DNA of 64,000 nucleotides from Marsupella aquatica (Eukaryota; Plantae; Marchantiophyta): contig OZ316892.1 of NCBI GenBank assembly GCA_973895155.1, forward strand, positions 19,135,457-19,199,456, given 5' to 3'. Shown here one piece after another: positions 40,283 to 52,531 of the stretch. The notes under the pieces were generated by a model. The model was not told the DNA's origin. It did not search any database and saw only the letters and a program-made list of their open reading frames with translations. Both the position numbers and the translations under genes were made by a program. How positions within the stretch are numbered: the first letter of the stretch is position 1; every line of letters starts with the position of its first letter.

Positions 40283-43200
40283 GCAAGTTCTAGGTTCCAT
40301 GCCACAGTTCCACAGCTGCCGATGATTTGACGAACTGTTTGGAATGATTAATGTGTCGATGCTGACAGTTTTGGGACCGTCGATGAGAGTAGACGACGGA
40401 CTTAGATACATAGAACCTGCATTGTAATCTTCAGAGAGTTTGTCGTCGGGGTGTGTGTCTGCGCATGTGATTGCGTGAAGAAGAACAGAGATCGGGATGG
40501 GCGTGGTCTGATTCTGAAAGAATGGATGTTTGTCCCGACGTCACATTTCTTTCTTAAATTCTCGCATAGTTGCATTTATATGGTACAGACACAAAAGAGA
40601 TTTGTCCAGGACTGTCACATTTTAATATCAAATCTGCAGAAGGATTAGTATGGATGAAATATTCTGCTGAGGAGAATCACTTACGTTCATTATAATGGGG
40701 GAATGTGTTCTCGTTGGATTGTTTATATATTGTTTTATTTTCTCTTTTGCTTGTACTCTATTGTACTTTATTTGGCCCTTTGTAAACTGGTCCTCATTGA
40801 CTCTCTCATGTACAAACATTGTCTTAAGTTCACTGCCCCACATAACTGCTTGTACTCTATTGTCCTATGTTTGCCCTCATAAACAAATTGGTCCTCTTGT
40901 ACTCGTTCATGTCTAAAGATAGGTCTCAAGTTCAAATCCCCTACCAGACCGTTCTGCTCCAGTGTGGGATGGGTTTAATGTGTGTGCAACACTTCTAATA
41001 GTAATAGTTGTGGATATTAATATGAAAGAATACCAAAACATTAAGTGGGAGGAATTCCTCTATGATGGGTTCACAATGTCTACGACACATGCTCTACAGT
41101 CGTAGACATTGTGAATAGTTGTAGATAGATAACTGTACGAAAGAATATATTAAATCGGAGGTTTCCCTCTCAAATGGGTCTAACATGTGCGCTACACAAG
41201 TTACTTGTAATAGTTGAAGATATTTATGACACGTGTAACAGTTGCAGATGTTTGTGTGAAAAAGAATACCAAAATATTTTGCCAGTAGGGCCCAAACTTG
41301 TAATAATTATCTATTTATTGAGCCAACCAAAATGGCACAATTGGGATGGGAGCTAGAACAAGATCGTGCTCCTGGGTTTGTTCTTTGACAATATAATACA
41401 CTAGCTTAATTACACGTTCAATGTAAATAGAGATGATTACACATTCCTAGAATATAAATAGAGATGAGGAGAGGAGACACACAAATCTTCATCGTTGCCC
41501 CCATCAGTTGCTTGTATATATCCTCACTTTCAATTATGCTCTTTTAGAATAGCCTACAGGTTTTACTCTAGACAATAGGCCTAGGATCCAGCTGTCCATC
41601 GCGCTTTATTCATTATATACTCACAAGGACCCCATAATATATTTTCAAAATATTTTTGTGAGGGCCCAACCTAATAGTTATTTATTTTGCTCAAACCGAG
41701 ATCTTACTACCAACGGGGATGACAATGTGATATAGATAGTCACAAGGACCCCAAAACATTTGTAAAATACTTGTGTGCTGGCCCAAAATGTTAATATTTA
41801 ATTATTAATTTGCCCAAACCGAGGTGACACCACGGCCATGGTGAGCTAGACAAAAGCTGATCATGCTGGCAGGGCATTGGATTCGAGAGTTACAGGGACC
41901 AAGATGGAGGAGACAGAGAACTGTGTCGTTCCACTACACGTACCCCACAATACTACTGTGGACATGGTCTCTTTCTACTCTTTTTGGGCAGGAGGTTGAG
42001 CCACTCCCCATGCAGAAACTGCAAATCAGTCAGAGGATCTTAAACGTGGACCCTCCATTGCACGTATGAAGATTTTGGTGGATGGAATCATCAGGCAATT
42101 TACAGTATGACTAGTGCCACCATACACGAGTTTTGAGAGTTGCAGGGCTTCTTGCTCTTACAACCCATATGCCTGAACTTGGGATGACAGACTCCTCGTT
42201 TGCTCTTATCCTATTACATTGGCGGTTATAAGGAATCTTTCAATCTGAAAAAGGAAGGGAAAGAAAACAATGAAGTTGTTACGTTGTTTGTTACAAGGGA
42301 ATCTTTCAAAATGAAAAGGAGTGGAAATAACATTGGAGTTGGATCATCTACTCTATTTATTTTATCACTATATTAATCTAAGGACTATCTGACTTTTCTT
42401 TATTTTTAACCGTTCCGATCAAGAAACTAATTTCAAAACCCATTTTCAACTTTCCTGTCTCCAAAACTTGTCAGAATGACTAACTTGGTCACAAAACTAA
42501 GTATCAGGTTACTCCCCATTTTGTATGAGGGTTGGCTTTATAACCAGACTAAATTAGCCTGAGATCAGAGCAATTGCTCGGGGAACATGTGAAGGCTCAC
42601 AATATGACCAACCTACCCCTGTGACCTTAGAAGTGGGAAAATGAGGGGAATCAACACGTCACAGTTCTTCTGAAAGATAGTAGCACTTGCAGTTTGGTGA
42701 GAGTGGGACAGGAACCTGGTCCAGAGTGAAGGTACAGTTGGAGAGACTAGCACAATAAAATGGCAAGCTCCCATGTGCCCACAAACAAATCGCATGCCAT
42801 CTTGGGTTAATATGGTTGAGTTAAGCGAAACCCATGCATGAAACGAGAGGCAACCTGATAATTAAATTAGTTTGGTAATTTTGAGTAGTTTGGGGACACA
42901 TAATAAAAACGGATTTTCAAAATGACGAATGGCCCCCAGCTCTCAGATTTTTTGGGGCATTTTTGAAACAGTGTGATGCTCCAAAATGGTTTCTGCAATA
43001 AACAACTGTAGGAAAAATATAGGCTATTTCAACCATGTTCTTTCCATTCTGGTCATCTTCCCCTGATCTAACCCCCTACGCCTTCCTTCCCCACTCACCA
43101 GACTCTTGTATTTTCTTTTAGCCCTTCGTCTCGCCCACAATCTTAGAGGCCCACCAAATTCAGCATATATATTGACCATTTTCTACATGGACAACCCTTT

Positions 43201-46200
43201 GTACATGCTAATCTGAACACTCGTTTTGATAAGGGGGGGGGGGGGGGGTGGGTGGGGGGGCCGACACAGTAACCCCTACGAAGCCTACCGTTGCTGGCTG
43301 TAGTGGCGTCCCAGCAGGTCTGCAATCTATTCAGCTTGTTGCTACCTTTCGTGCTAGGTCTCCTTCTGTCCTGATTATAGACACAAATTAAAGAGTTGTA
43401 GCACAAGCTGTCTCTAATGCAGTAGATAGTACTTCTGTCCAGATTGTGGTTATCTTACTGAACCAGCCTGCTAATCTGAACACTGTAATATACAATTGCC
43501 TCTTTTCTCTTAAAGTCTGTTTATAAAACAACACTGAGGTGGGAGTCAGTTCTGGCCATTGGATAAAGGGTGTCCTTCTTCTAGACCATTAGATCTCTTC
43601 AGGTACAGTTCAACAAGATCGCCCAAGAAAATGGACAAGCAACCTAAACCGTTGGATCCAACAATCAGGGCGACGAATGGTTTTAAACAACAGCATTGAA
43701 TCACCTTACCACCCCAAAAAGGGTACTACAGTAGGCGAGGTGCGTATTCCATCACATCGACTTGAATTATGACAAGCTGTAAAGTGGCATGGGTTACATT
43801 ATTCGACAAGGTTCAAACAAATTATAGATTGGGAACGCCATATGGATTTTTATCAGATTGGAATGAGAATGAATGACCAAATGGTGTCCTGTGAAAAAAT
43901 GATGAAAGAAATAGAAACTTCCAGACGAGAAGAACGCACCGAGAAAATATTACCAAATGAGAAGAAACGTTCTGAACTCTTACACACAAAGTTCTGCACT
44001 GTTTTGCAATAGTAAAGTAGGTGACGAGCAACAGGATTGCACAGGCACTCTCTTTTTCAGATCTGTCCAGGTTCTGTTCCACTGAACTCACCAAAAATCT
44101 CAGCCAAAAAGGGCATTAATCCACGCTTCATGGCCAGATAGAAGAATAATTTCATCACCCACAGCGGACGGAGTATTGATTGTGGACAGCTTGATTCGTC
44201 ATCTAATTTCGCCAAGTTTAGTGGATTGTGGACGTAGGGCAAAGGCACTGGTGGTTGGCTCCTGATTCCTGAATAAGTTTGAGGTTGACGGTCGGTTCTT
44301 GGCGTTTGCCGCAATCCCATAAATCCCAAATGTTCCACTTCTTCACTGCATTTACCAGAGTCTAATCGATGAGGTTTTTATTCTTTAAGGCAAACTGATC
44401 CACAGTAATTTGAATCTCGACGAGGTCGATCACAGTGGATCCAAGGTTGATTGGCATCTTTGACGAATTGATGTAGCCAAAATCGATAGGGTCCTCAATG
44501 CTGGTATAATTTCTGAAACAGTATTGTGCTGGGACTAAAACAAATTAGGATTACGTTGTTTTGAATGGTGGTGTTTTGTTCTCTTAGCAGCACGACCTGG
44601 TCAGCTTATAGCTTCAACTTACTATTGTGCAGCCTCGTATGACGAGCGATCATTGTTCAATTCGTAGTGTGTTTGACTATCACTAGACCAGACCAGTTTA
44701 GAGCAATCCCTCAGTGGATGACAGTAGTCTACCATACCAATTGCATTGATTGGTGGTGTTCAATTCAATTCGTAGTTTCTCTAGCGCATGGGAGGTCTCG
44801 AGAGATTCCTCATATAGTTGGCAGCATGGACTATGGTTTTTCCCACCTTCTATTGCTGATCGACTAATTCAACATGTTTGTCTTGATTTGCAATGTCTTT
44901 TCTTCTGTTATGAAGTGAAGAGAGAGACGAAGTCAACGGAATTAATGAACTGCTGCATGAAGGTTGACACAGACTACTGCGAGCTTCTGAGGTGTCTAGA
45001 TTCGATTTTAGAGCCCATTTAGTTTGCTAGTGTTAGGCGTCAAGAGGGAGGCAAGGGACGGGTCTTTTACTGTACTTCAGATGAACAATGTACCATTTAT
45101 GGGCAGCTTATCGCCGCAGCTTTCTCAGCAGGAAAGACATGAAGTCCTAGGCTGTGTCCTTATGATTGTCCTGTGCAGGAGTTATGAATGATGCAATCCA
45201 GAAAGGATAAAGTGGGCGGCGTTGCTAGTTTTTGATTCACCTCGATGGGAGTGCACAGGTTTTGGATTCATTGAGTGGGAAGAATGCACTGTAGTAAGGA
45301 CGGGTACCCACCAAGGGAGTTTCCGAGGTAGTTTCAAGGGGTGTATGGTGAAGAACACAATAATCCTTCATGATAAAACATTTATCATTCACAGATGATG
45401 GGAACTTTTTTAGCTCCACACATAGGACACCATTTCACCAAGGCCATTGGTTCATGGATGGACTGCAACAATTGAATCGTACTGGTCGTGATGTCTATTT
45501 CTCATGTACTTGCCCACATGGATGTTCTCGTGCTCAAGTCTGTGAAGTAAGGTCGCCTTCAACCATAATCCGTCACGGATTTATCACCTGCACAATTAAA
45601 TTGAAAAATACCTTCAATCGATCTCAAAATTGCTACCTTCTATAAATTTCATTCGGTAGCATCTTCCTTTCCCGGTCAAATGCGCACCATCCACCAGCTA
45701 AACGAGTGTCCCGTCAGCTCATTGTACACATGACTCAGCTACTGTAATTATAACCTTTTCAAGAAAACAACACCTCACCGGGTGGTGTCTTGGTCACAGT
45801 ATACACAAGTGAATGGGTTGGTGATAGTGGCTTGGACTCGAGCGTTACTCAGCAGCCATCAATGGGAGTCTCGTTCATAGGTGGTGGAACGCATCTTTCG
45901 GGAAAGGAGGACAGTTGATTCACAATCCATTAATGGATCGGAGTGGAAGACAAAGTTAGCACAAAAGTGTTCACCGGTTCATGTTGCGTGTGTGACTAGC
46001 GTAGCTACAGAATCAGAGTCAATAAATTGAAGTAGCCCAGAGAAATCTCTATCAGAAGTAATCTTGGAAGTCGTGGGCCCTCCTTGCCAACATCGAGGAA
46101 TCTCTCATGTGTTGTGCTCTACTTTCCTTCTGTCCTTTAGCCCTTCCGTAACACTCGCGAGATATGAAAGGACTGCACGGAGATTTGGCTTTTTGATAGA

Positions 46201-47400
46201 TTTCCTGCGAAAGAGAATGTAGTAATAATAGTAGTGCAAACCCAGTCCGAACCAAATCCAATTTGAATTACAGAATTTACGAGAAGAAGATAGATGTAGT
46301 ATGTAATTCAGTTATATGTGGTCGATGTTGATACAAAAGGTTTTCCAGTATATCTAAGAATGGAAGAATTTGTCGTGAAGGGAATTGATGCTCAGGTGTG
46401 TGACGAATGTGTTTCATTATCGATTCTGCCATGCATGGTACAATTGGAACATGTGTAAAGTCGAAGGCATGAGCCATTCTTTGGGAAGATAGTGTCCGAC
46501 ATTGAAAAAAGTTAGGGCATGCACTACTGTACGTTCTTCACTGCACTCCTTGCATCGTATCACTAATCCCAAAGTTGTGACAGACCGTGATTGGACACTC
46601 GGGTGGACACTTTGCAATGCTATCATCCAGACGAAGCATATCAATCTTGAAAGTTGATTCCATCGAAACCTGGAACACTGTACAGTGCCTCGTATTCCAG
46701 TACTTCCAATGAGTAAAAGAAAGTGCAAAATTCCCATCGCAAATCATGCAGCACTGTACTGTCCACACCATTCTTCAACAGAAACCAGAGCAACAAAATA
46801 TAATATGTGAACACAGGACATTCTGGAACTCTGCTCTTGTAGAGATAGACACAACTTTGACACATTTCTCGACAGGGTCCTCCAACGTGAAGAAGCACCC
46901 ACCCACCACGCACAGCCTGCAGCGTCGATCTGGAGCGCTGTGCTGGACAAAAGTCGAGTAAAACGGGTAGAACTGCACATGGCCCCACACAGACGACCAG
47001 AGGGACGCCATTGCAGGAAATAGTGGTTCTCAAGTCTCAACCTTGTCCTTTGACTCGAAGCGACTCCTCCTGACCATAATCTTGGTCCCGCCTCCCGATC
47101 CCCCGTAACTGATTCAATGCTTTATGGGTACAGTGGCATTCTGCAAAACTACAGAGAGTAGCGAATGTCGTTCACCTGAAATTGGCGACCACTCTGATAC
47201 TACTGAGGTTTTTGTGAGTTTTTGTGTCAGAACATCAGAATTGTGTGAGTGGAATTGGAACTGTACACCCATCCAGTTGATTCTTATGTACCCCTCTCAA
47301 ATTGTGTCACTTGGCACGATCGCGACCGTCAATTAGGCTCGGAACTTTGGTCACTCTTGCTTCCTCGGATGTGCTCGAGAAAAATTTTACAGGTTGGGTG

Positions 47401-47486
47401 GATTGGCTTGGCTTGGCTTGACTTGATTTGGCTCAGTGTGTATGGCTTGGCTTGGCTTAGCTTGACTTGATTTGGCTCAGTGTGTA
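47401..47486. repeat. (TTGGC)n-based ~43-bp tandem duplication
   Basis: tggcttggcttggctt...gacttgatttggctcagtgtgta twice. Confidence 0.88.
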
Positions 47487-48491
47487 GCAGGGGAAATTTT
47501 ATGGGCGAGTTTGGGCCCAAAGAGTAGCCGAGAACCTTGGCTATGAACTCTACAAAGGGAAGTTTTGGTCATTTTACTGGATTCCTGAGCCTCTTCAGTT
47601 ACTGTAGTCGGTGTGTTAGGCAAGAATCTAATGTTGCAAAATCATTGTTACGAAATCTAACGGTCTACATTTGATATAAGGATAATAAAAAGCACTCAAA
47701 TAGCCAGTAGTGGGGGGAATCGAAAGTCCAAAAGTTCACCATGCGTGCCACCAGACCATGTGATGTGACATTATCTCAACCGTTGGTTAGGTTTGACTAC
47801 TGGTGCACTCTTGCATTGCTGCATGTGTTCAAGAGGGTTTTTCTAAGGGTCAAATGCTATTTCTTGAAATTGATGGCAGTGCAGTGCTTGAGTCGTCTGG
47901 ACTTGGGTCATGGGAATGCAAGAATAGGAAATAAAGAAATTGAGAGACTAACTATGGGTACTTGGTTTCTGGACATTTGAGCATGTGTATGAGAAAATCT
48001 AGAAACTCTAATATGCAATCTCACTCTTCAATTTCTCATGGTCTTCTAACTAAATGTCACTCTTGCAGGAAGTCTCCCTGACAGTTCTTACTAACCAAGA
48101 GATGGTTCTCCACCTGCCAGTGCACACCTTTCCATGCCCAACTTGGCATTGACTCTGCCCTGCGCAATCCTTGAAATCCAGTTGCCAAGCCAGTTTGTGA
48201 ATTGCCAGCCAATCTCACTTATGCTCCACAAAACTTCATCATCACTTATTATTGACAATGGTTTGCACTACAAGGACATTAGGCTAGTAACAACTAAAGA
48301 AAATGAGAGACTAACCCCAGTTCCCACACTAATTTGGTTCAGGTACAATCTCAGTTGAGAGGTACACCAAAGTTTCAGAACCCAATCACAACTTGTTGTG
48401 GACACATATCAGAGTCATGGGCTGGGGTGCACAAACATCAACTGCACGTGTGTTAATTTGTCAACTCATTAACTAATTTTCCAGGGAGAAT

Positions 48492-48942
48492 CCAGGTTTA
48501 ACCTGACAGGCAAGTTGTTGGCTTGTCGGGCACATAAACCGTCAAATGACGGCCCCAAAACAGCCAATCTGACGTATATTCCCTGTTATTCTCCCGAACT
48601 CCCCCGGTTCCCGATCCGGTCTCCCGAACCCCTCCCAAACCCCTCCCCGACCTCCCGGATCCTCCCCGACCCCGCCCAAACCCCTCCCTGGCATGCCGGA
48701 TCCTCCTAAACCCGGCCTGGACCCGGCCTCCTGAACCCTCCCGAACCCCTCCCGGACTCCTCCCAAACCCCTCCCTGGCCTCCCACATCCTCCCGAACAC
48801 CTCCCAAACCCCTCCCAAACCCCTCCCCGGCCTCCTGGGTCCCCCCTCACACCCGGACCGACCTCGGTTCCGGGAGACCGGGTTTCAGGTTTTCGGTTTG
48901 ACGCCCCAAAAAGCCCAGTTTGATGGGCAAAGTCAAATTGGG
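48492..48942 (+). mobile_element. hAT-type non-autonomous element, copy 1
   Basis: 8-bp TSD GGGAGAAT (48484-48491, 48943-48950), short imperfect TIR, C-rich internal repeats. Strand is arbitrary relative to copy 2. Confidence 0.9.
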
Positions 48943-49048
48943 GGGAGAATAAAACAAGATCTTTCACACATGTGTTCACTACATAATGATCATGAGTTCT
49001 GGGCAAACTACTTTTTAATGGCACTTTTATCCAAAGTAGATTTGTATG

Positions 49049-49582
49049 CCCGGTTTGACCTTGCCCGTCAAACTGGGTGAAAAACTCCGTCAAATCAACA
49101 AACCGGAAACCCGGTCGCCCGGACTCCCGGAGTCGGGGTCGGGTCCGGGTGTGAGGATGGAGCCATGCCGGGTGTTAGGGGGTTCGGGATGGGGTCGGGA
49201 GGAGTCCGGGCCGGGGCCGGGCCAAGGTCGACAGGGTTTCGGGATGGGGTCCCGGAGGATTCCGGGCCGGGACCGGGCCAAGGTTGGCAGGGTTCGGGAT
49301 GGGGTCCCGGAGGAGTCCAGGACGCCCCTGGCTGCTGACCCCCGAACCCCGACCGACACCCCCGGCCCCCGGCCCCGACCGGCTTCCACCCCGAACCGGG
49401 ATCCGGGGGAGTCCGGGAAGGGTCCGGGGGAGTTCGGGAGGAGTTCGGGAAGTGTCTGGGGGAGACCGGGGGAGTCAGGGAGAATATTTCAGAATATCCA
49501 TCAAATTGGTCAATTTTGGGCCGTCATTTGACGGTTTTACGTGCCCAGCAAACTGTTAACCTGCCCATCAAGTTAAACCTGG
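49049..49582 (-). mobile_element. hAT-type non-autonomous element, copy 2 (inverted)
   Basis: 8-bp TSD TTTGTATG (49041-49048, 49583-49590). Both termini are reverse-complement homologues of copy 1 termini. Confidence 0.9.
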
Positions 49583-49890
49583 TTTGTATGGGACACCTAG
49601 TGGGAGAGGGGGGTTTGAACCTAATAGCTCAGGTTCATTCATTGGCATGCCCCTACATTTGCACTGTTGCTATCTTTGGGTTCAATGTACACTATTCATC
49701 TTAATTAGTGTTATGCAAAAATTAGTGAGCTCTTATTACATGCATAGTGTGAAAGACCCAGTGGCGGCTCTCTTGGGTCCTCAATAGACATGAACCATAT
49801 ATAGAGGGAGCCCAGGTCCACCTGGAGCCTGCCTCTTGCCATTAGGAGCGGGGTAATTTGCACACCCTGCTAGTTCAACTCCATGGAACC

Positions 49891-50343
49891 TGTCGTGTGC
49901 ATAAACATCGCTACACAACATACATCGTTTGTCACACATATCTAAGCATAGTCATAATCAACATCACAAACATAAGAGAATGGAGTACAAGTGGAACTCC
50001 TATCCACACATATAATCTTCAAGAGCAATCGAACAACGATTGATGCCAATCAAACACACAATCCTGTTTGACGCGATCATACACTTATGTCAAGCCAAAC
50101 GCACCTTGCGCCTCAAGGAATCCACGTTACGTACACACAACCTAGACAACCACACCATAACCGCTAGAGTTTGTGCTCGAAAGGCTCAACATCAAAAGAT
50201 GAGACCTTTGAGCCAACACAAAGAGATATATAACTATCCCTCACAAACATACACTAACCCTAAAACACTTAGATAACACACATATGAAAGCCTCAAATCT
50301 ACATAGTCCGATATCCTATACTACCATTCATAATGGTGTGACA
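49891..50343 (-). mobile_element. Solo LTR (Gypsy-like termini)
   Basis: TGTC...GACA termini (TGTCACACC on minus), 4-bp TSD AACC (49887-49890, 50344-50347), no internal coding sequence. Confidence 0.7.
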
Positions 50344-51459
50344 AACCTGAACAGGAAAAACAAGGACCACACTTGCTTTCCAGGTACTTGTGTACTGAAC
50401 TTCACTAACACTGAGTTCTGACAAGACATGGCAAGCTAGCGAATAAGTTACAGTCAATTTTGATTTCAATCAATCTATAGTTGACCTTAATCTGACCAAG
50501 TATCTGGTCAACTGTAGTTTAGCAAGTATATTTATATAACAATTTCTCTTGGTATATATATATTCCCAAACTTGCTAAACCAAAGCACTACTAGTGACTC
50601 TTTCTTTGACAAAAAGTGCCATGGCATGACAAAAGCAGCAGGGAAGGAAAGGATATCATGCAAACTTTCCTGAAGCCCAAGTATATGACAAACTGTTTTT
50701 CAAAGTTTTTCAAAAGCAACAACACTTCCCAAAGGCGTAAGTTTACAAATAGCTCTATTTTGAGAACATTGTGGCCCATTGAGAGTTTTAATTCCTTATT
50801 AGAGTAGTTTATTTTGTATTTGCAAGGTATGTGTTCAAGCTTTGTTTCTGTTTGGTCCACTCTGACTAGTGTCCCCATTTTCCTGAGCCATAAGCCTGGT
50901 TAGGATCTCTATCCAAACCTTTGAGCTTGGATCAGATACAGAAATGCTAGTTGTATGAAAATCCAGTGTGAAAACATCAGAGAGTAGTAAATATTGCCGA
51001 TAAGTGCCTCAAAACACAGCACAATTGCAAGAAAATCCAACCAGCTAATCTGGGAATCTGTGAAAAAGTATTAAGGAGGGTAATTTTGAAGTGTAGGATA
51101 TGGAAGGCCTGGTCCGGGTTTTTACCCTGTAACTCTCTTTCCAGAAAGTGAAGTAAAACCTGATGGACGCGGCCGGAAAGATTTTCTAAGCTCTCTTGGA
51201 GGAGGGTTCAAACTAGAACCCCAAACCAGACCTCCTTTATTGTACTTAATTTCTTCCAGAGAAAAGGTCATTCCTGGGCAACCTATTTTTATTAGGATAG
51301 CAGGTGCCTCTAGAAATGGTTACATGTCGACAACTCACATTCCGTACAAAATGTATGACTCTTTTCTGCCAGTGTGGCAAAACCTTGTGTAGGAGAAGAT
51401 GTTCAATTTTTTTTTGTATAATTTTCATAGATAGATTTATGACCATCAAATCTCTCTAG

Positions 51460-51804
51460 TGTTAGGTATTGTTCTTAGTCTTGTGATTCATGAGCTAACC
51501 ATAGTTAGACTAATTCAGGTTAGAACTTAGTTAATGTTAGCGTTAGTGCTGTTGTGTATATAGTCAGGGCTGATGCCAGACCCTGGTGGAACTTAGGCTC
51601 ATTGTTACGGAGTTAGTTGAAAAATAGAGAGAGTTTGTGTTGTGGATGCTTGGAATGGCCGTTTGGTCTAGAATGCAATAAAACTCTTGTGTGTTCATGT
51701 GGATGTAGTCTCATGTAAAAATAAATCACGTATTTTTCTGTGTCAATTTTTGTACATTAAATGATTCATGGGTTTGTAGTTACGAATATCATCTATACTC
51801 AACA
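51460..51804 (+). mobile_element. Solo LTR (Copia-like) upstream of NUF2
   Basis: TGTT...AACA termini, near-perfect 5-bp TSD TCTAG/CCTAG, TATATA and AATAAA, and a Copia-LTR-like gtggatgtag...cacgta motif. Confidence 0.75.
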
Positions 51805-52142
51805 CCTAGTAGACAGGTAAGAATGGGGTCTTGGGAAAACTAGCTACACTAGTATGTGACAGAAAATTTAACCAATTCTCACCAAAAGGGGTGGAACCTA
51901 GCAAATTGCGCCGCTAAAGAAATAGCGCAGGAATTAAACCTCCCGATCGTCGATTCGCATCCAACGGATACGAGTGGTCTTCAGAGAAAAAGTAATTCCC
52001 CGCAACAGAGCCGGGAGCACCGGCGATGCTTTGCGTTTCCACAAACGAAGGTTTCAAACTTCGACAATCTCCCGCCTTCTACGTCACCCCCACAAACTGC
52101 TGAGCAGCTCCCGCCTTCGTTCAGTGCCGCACCGGTATTGCG

Positions 52143-52305
52143 ATGGCCCCGTCCGTCCTGTCCCAAATCTATCGTCAATGCAAACACTCCGCATCGGGCT
52201 CTGAAGAATTTTGTGGAGTAGGAAGCTATGGCCCCGTCCGTCCCCTCCGAAAACTACCGTCAATGCAAACACTTCGGGCGTACTGAAGAATTTTGTTGAG
52301 TAGCA
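52143..52305 (+). repeat. ~85-bp tandem duplication in NUF2 5' region
   Basis: atggccccgtccgtcc...cgtcaatgcaaacact...ctgaagaattttgt.gagtag twice. Confidence 0.9.
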
Positions 52306-52531
52306 GATCGTGTTCGATTTTGACGACTTTGAAATCGAGCTGTCAATGTACTGAGTTTGACGAGGCTTAGCGAAGAGTTACAGAATCATGATATTCCCGA
52401 GCTTAGGGATATGTCCGATTTGAAAACCTGCTAATCGCGTGCACAAAGAAGCTTGAGGCGGATCGTGTTGTTCTGCTGCCAGTCTTAAGGCTGTGTCTTA
52501 GGTTGGCAACGTGAATTTTCCTGACACCACG

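Noticed and set aside
48498-49559. Gly/Pro/Arg-rich ORFs of 90-180 aa
   Set aside because: Stop-poor by-products of the GC-rich hAT MITE repeats.
50587-50871. CACTA element starting cactactagt
   Set aside because: No convincing matching right TIR or 3-bp TSD.
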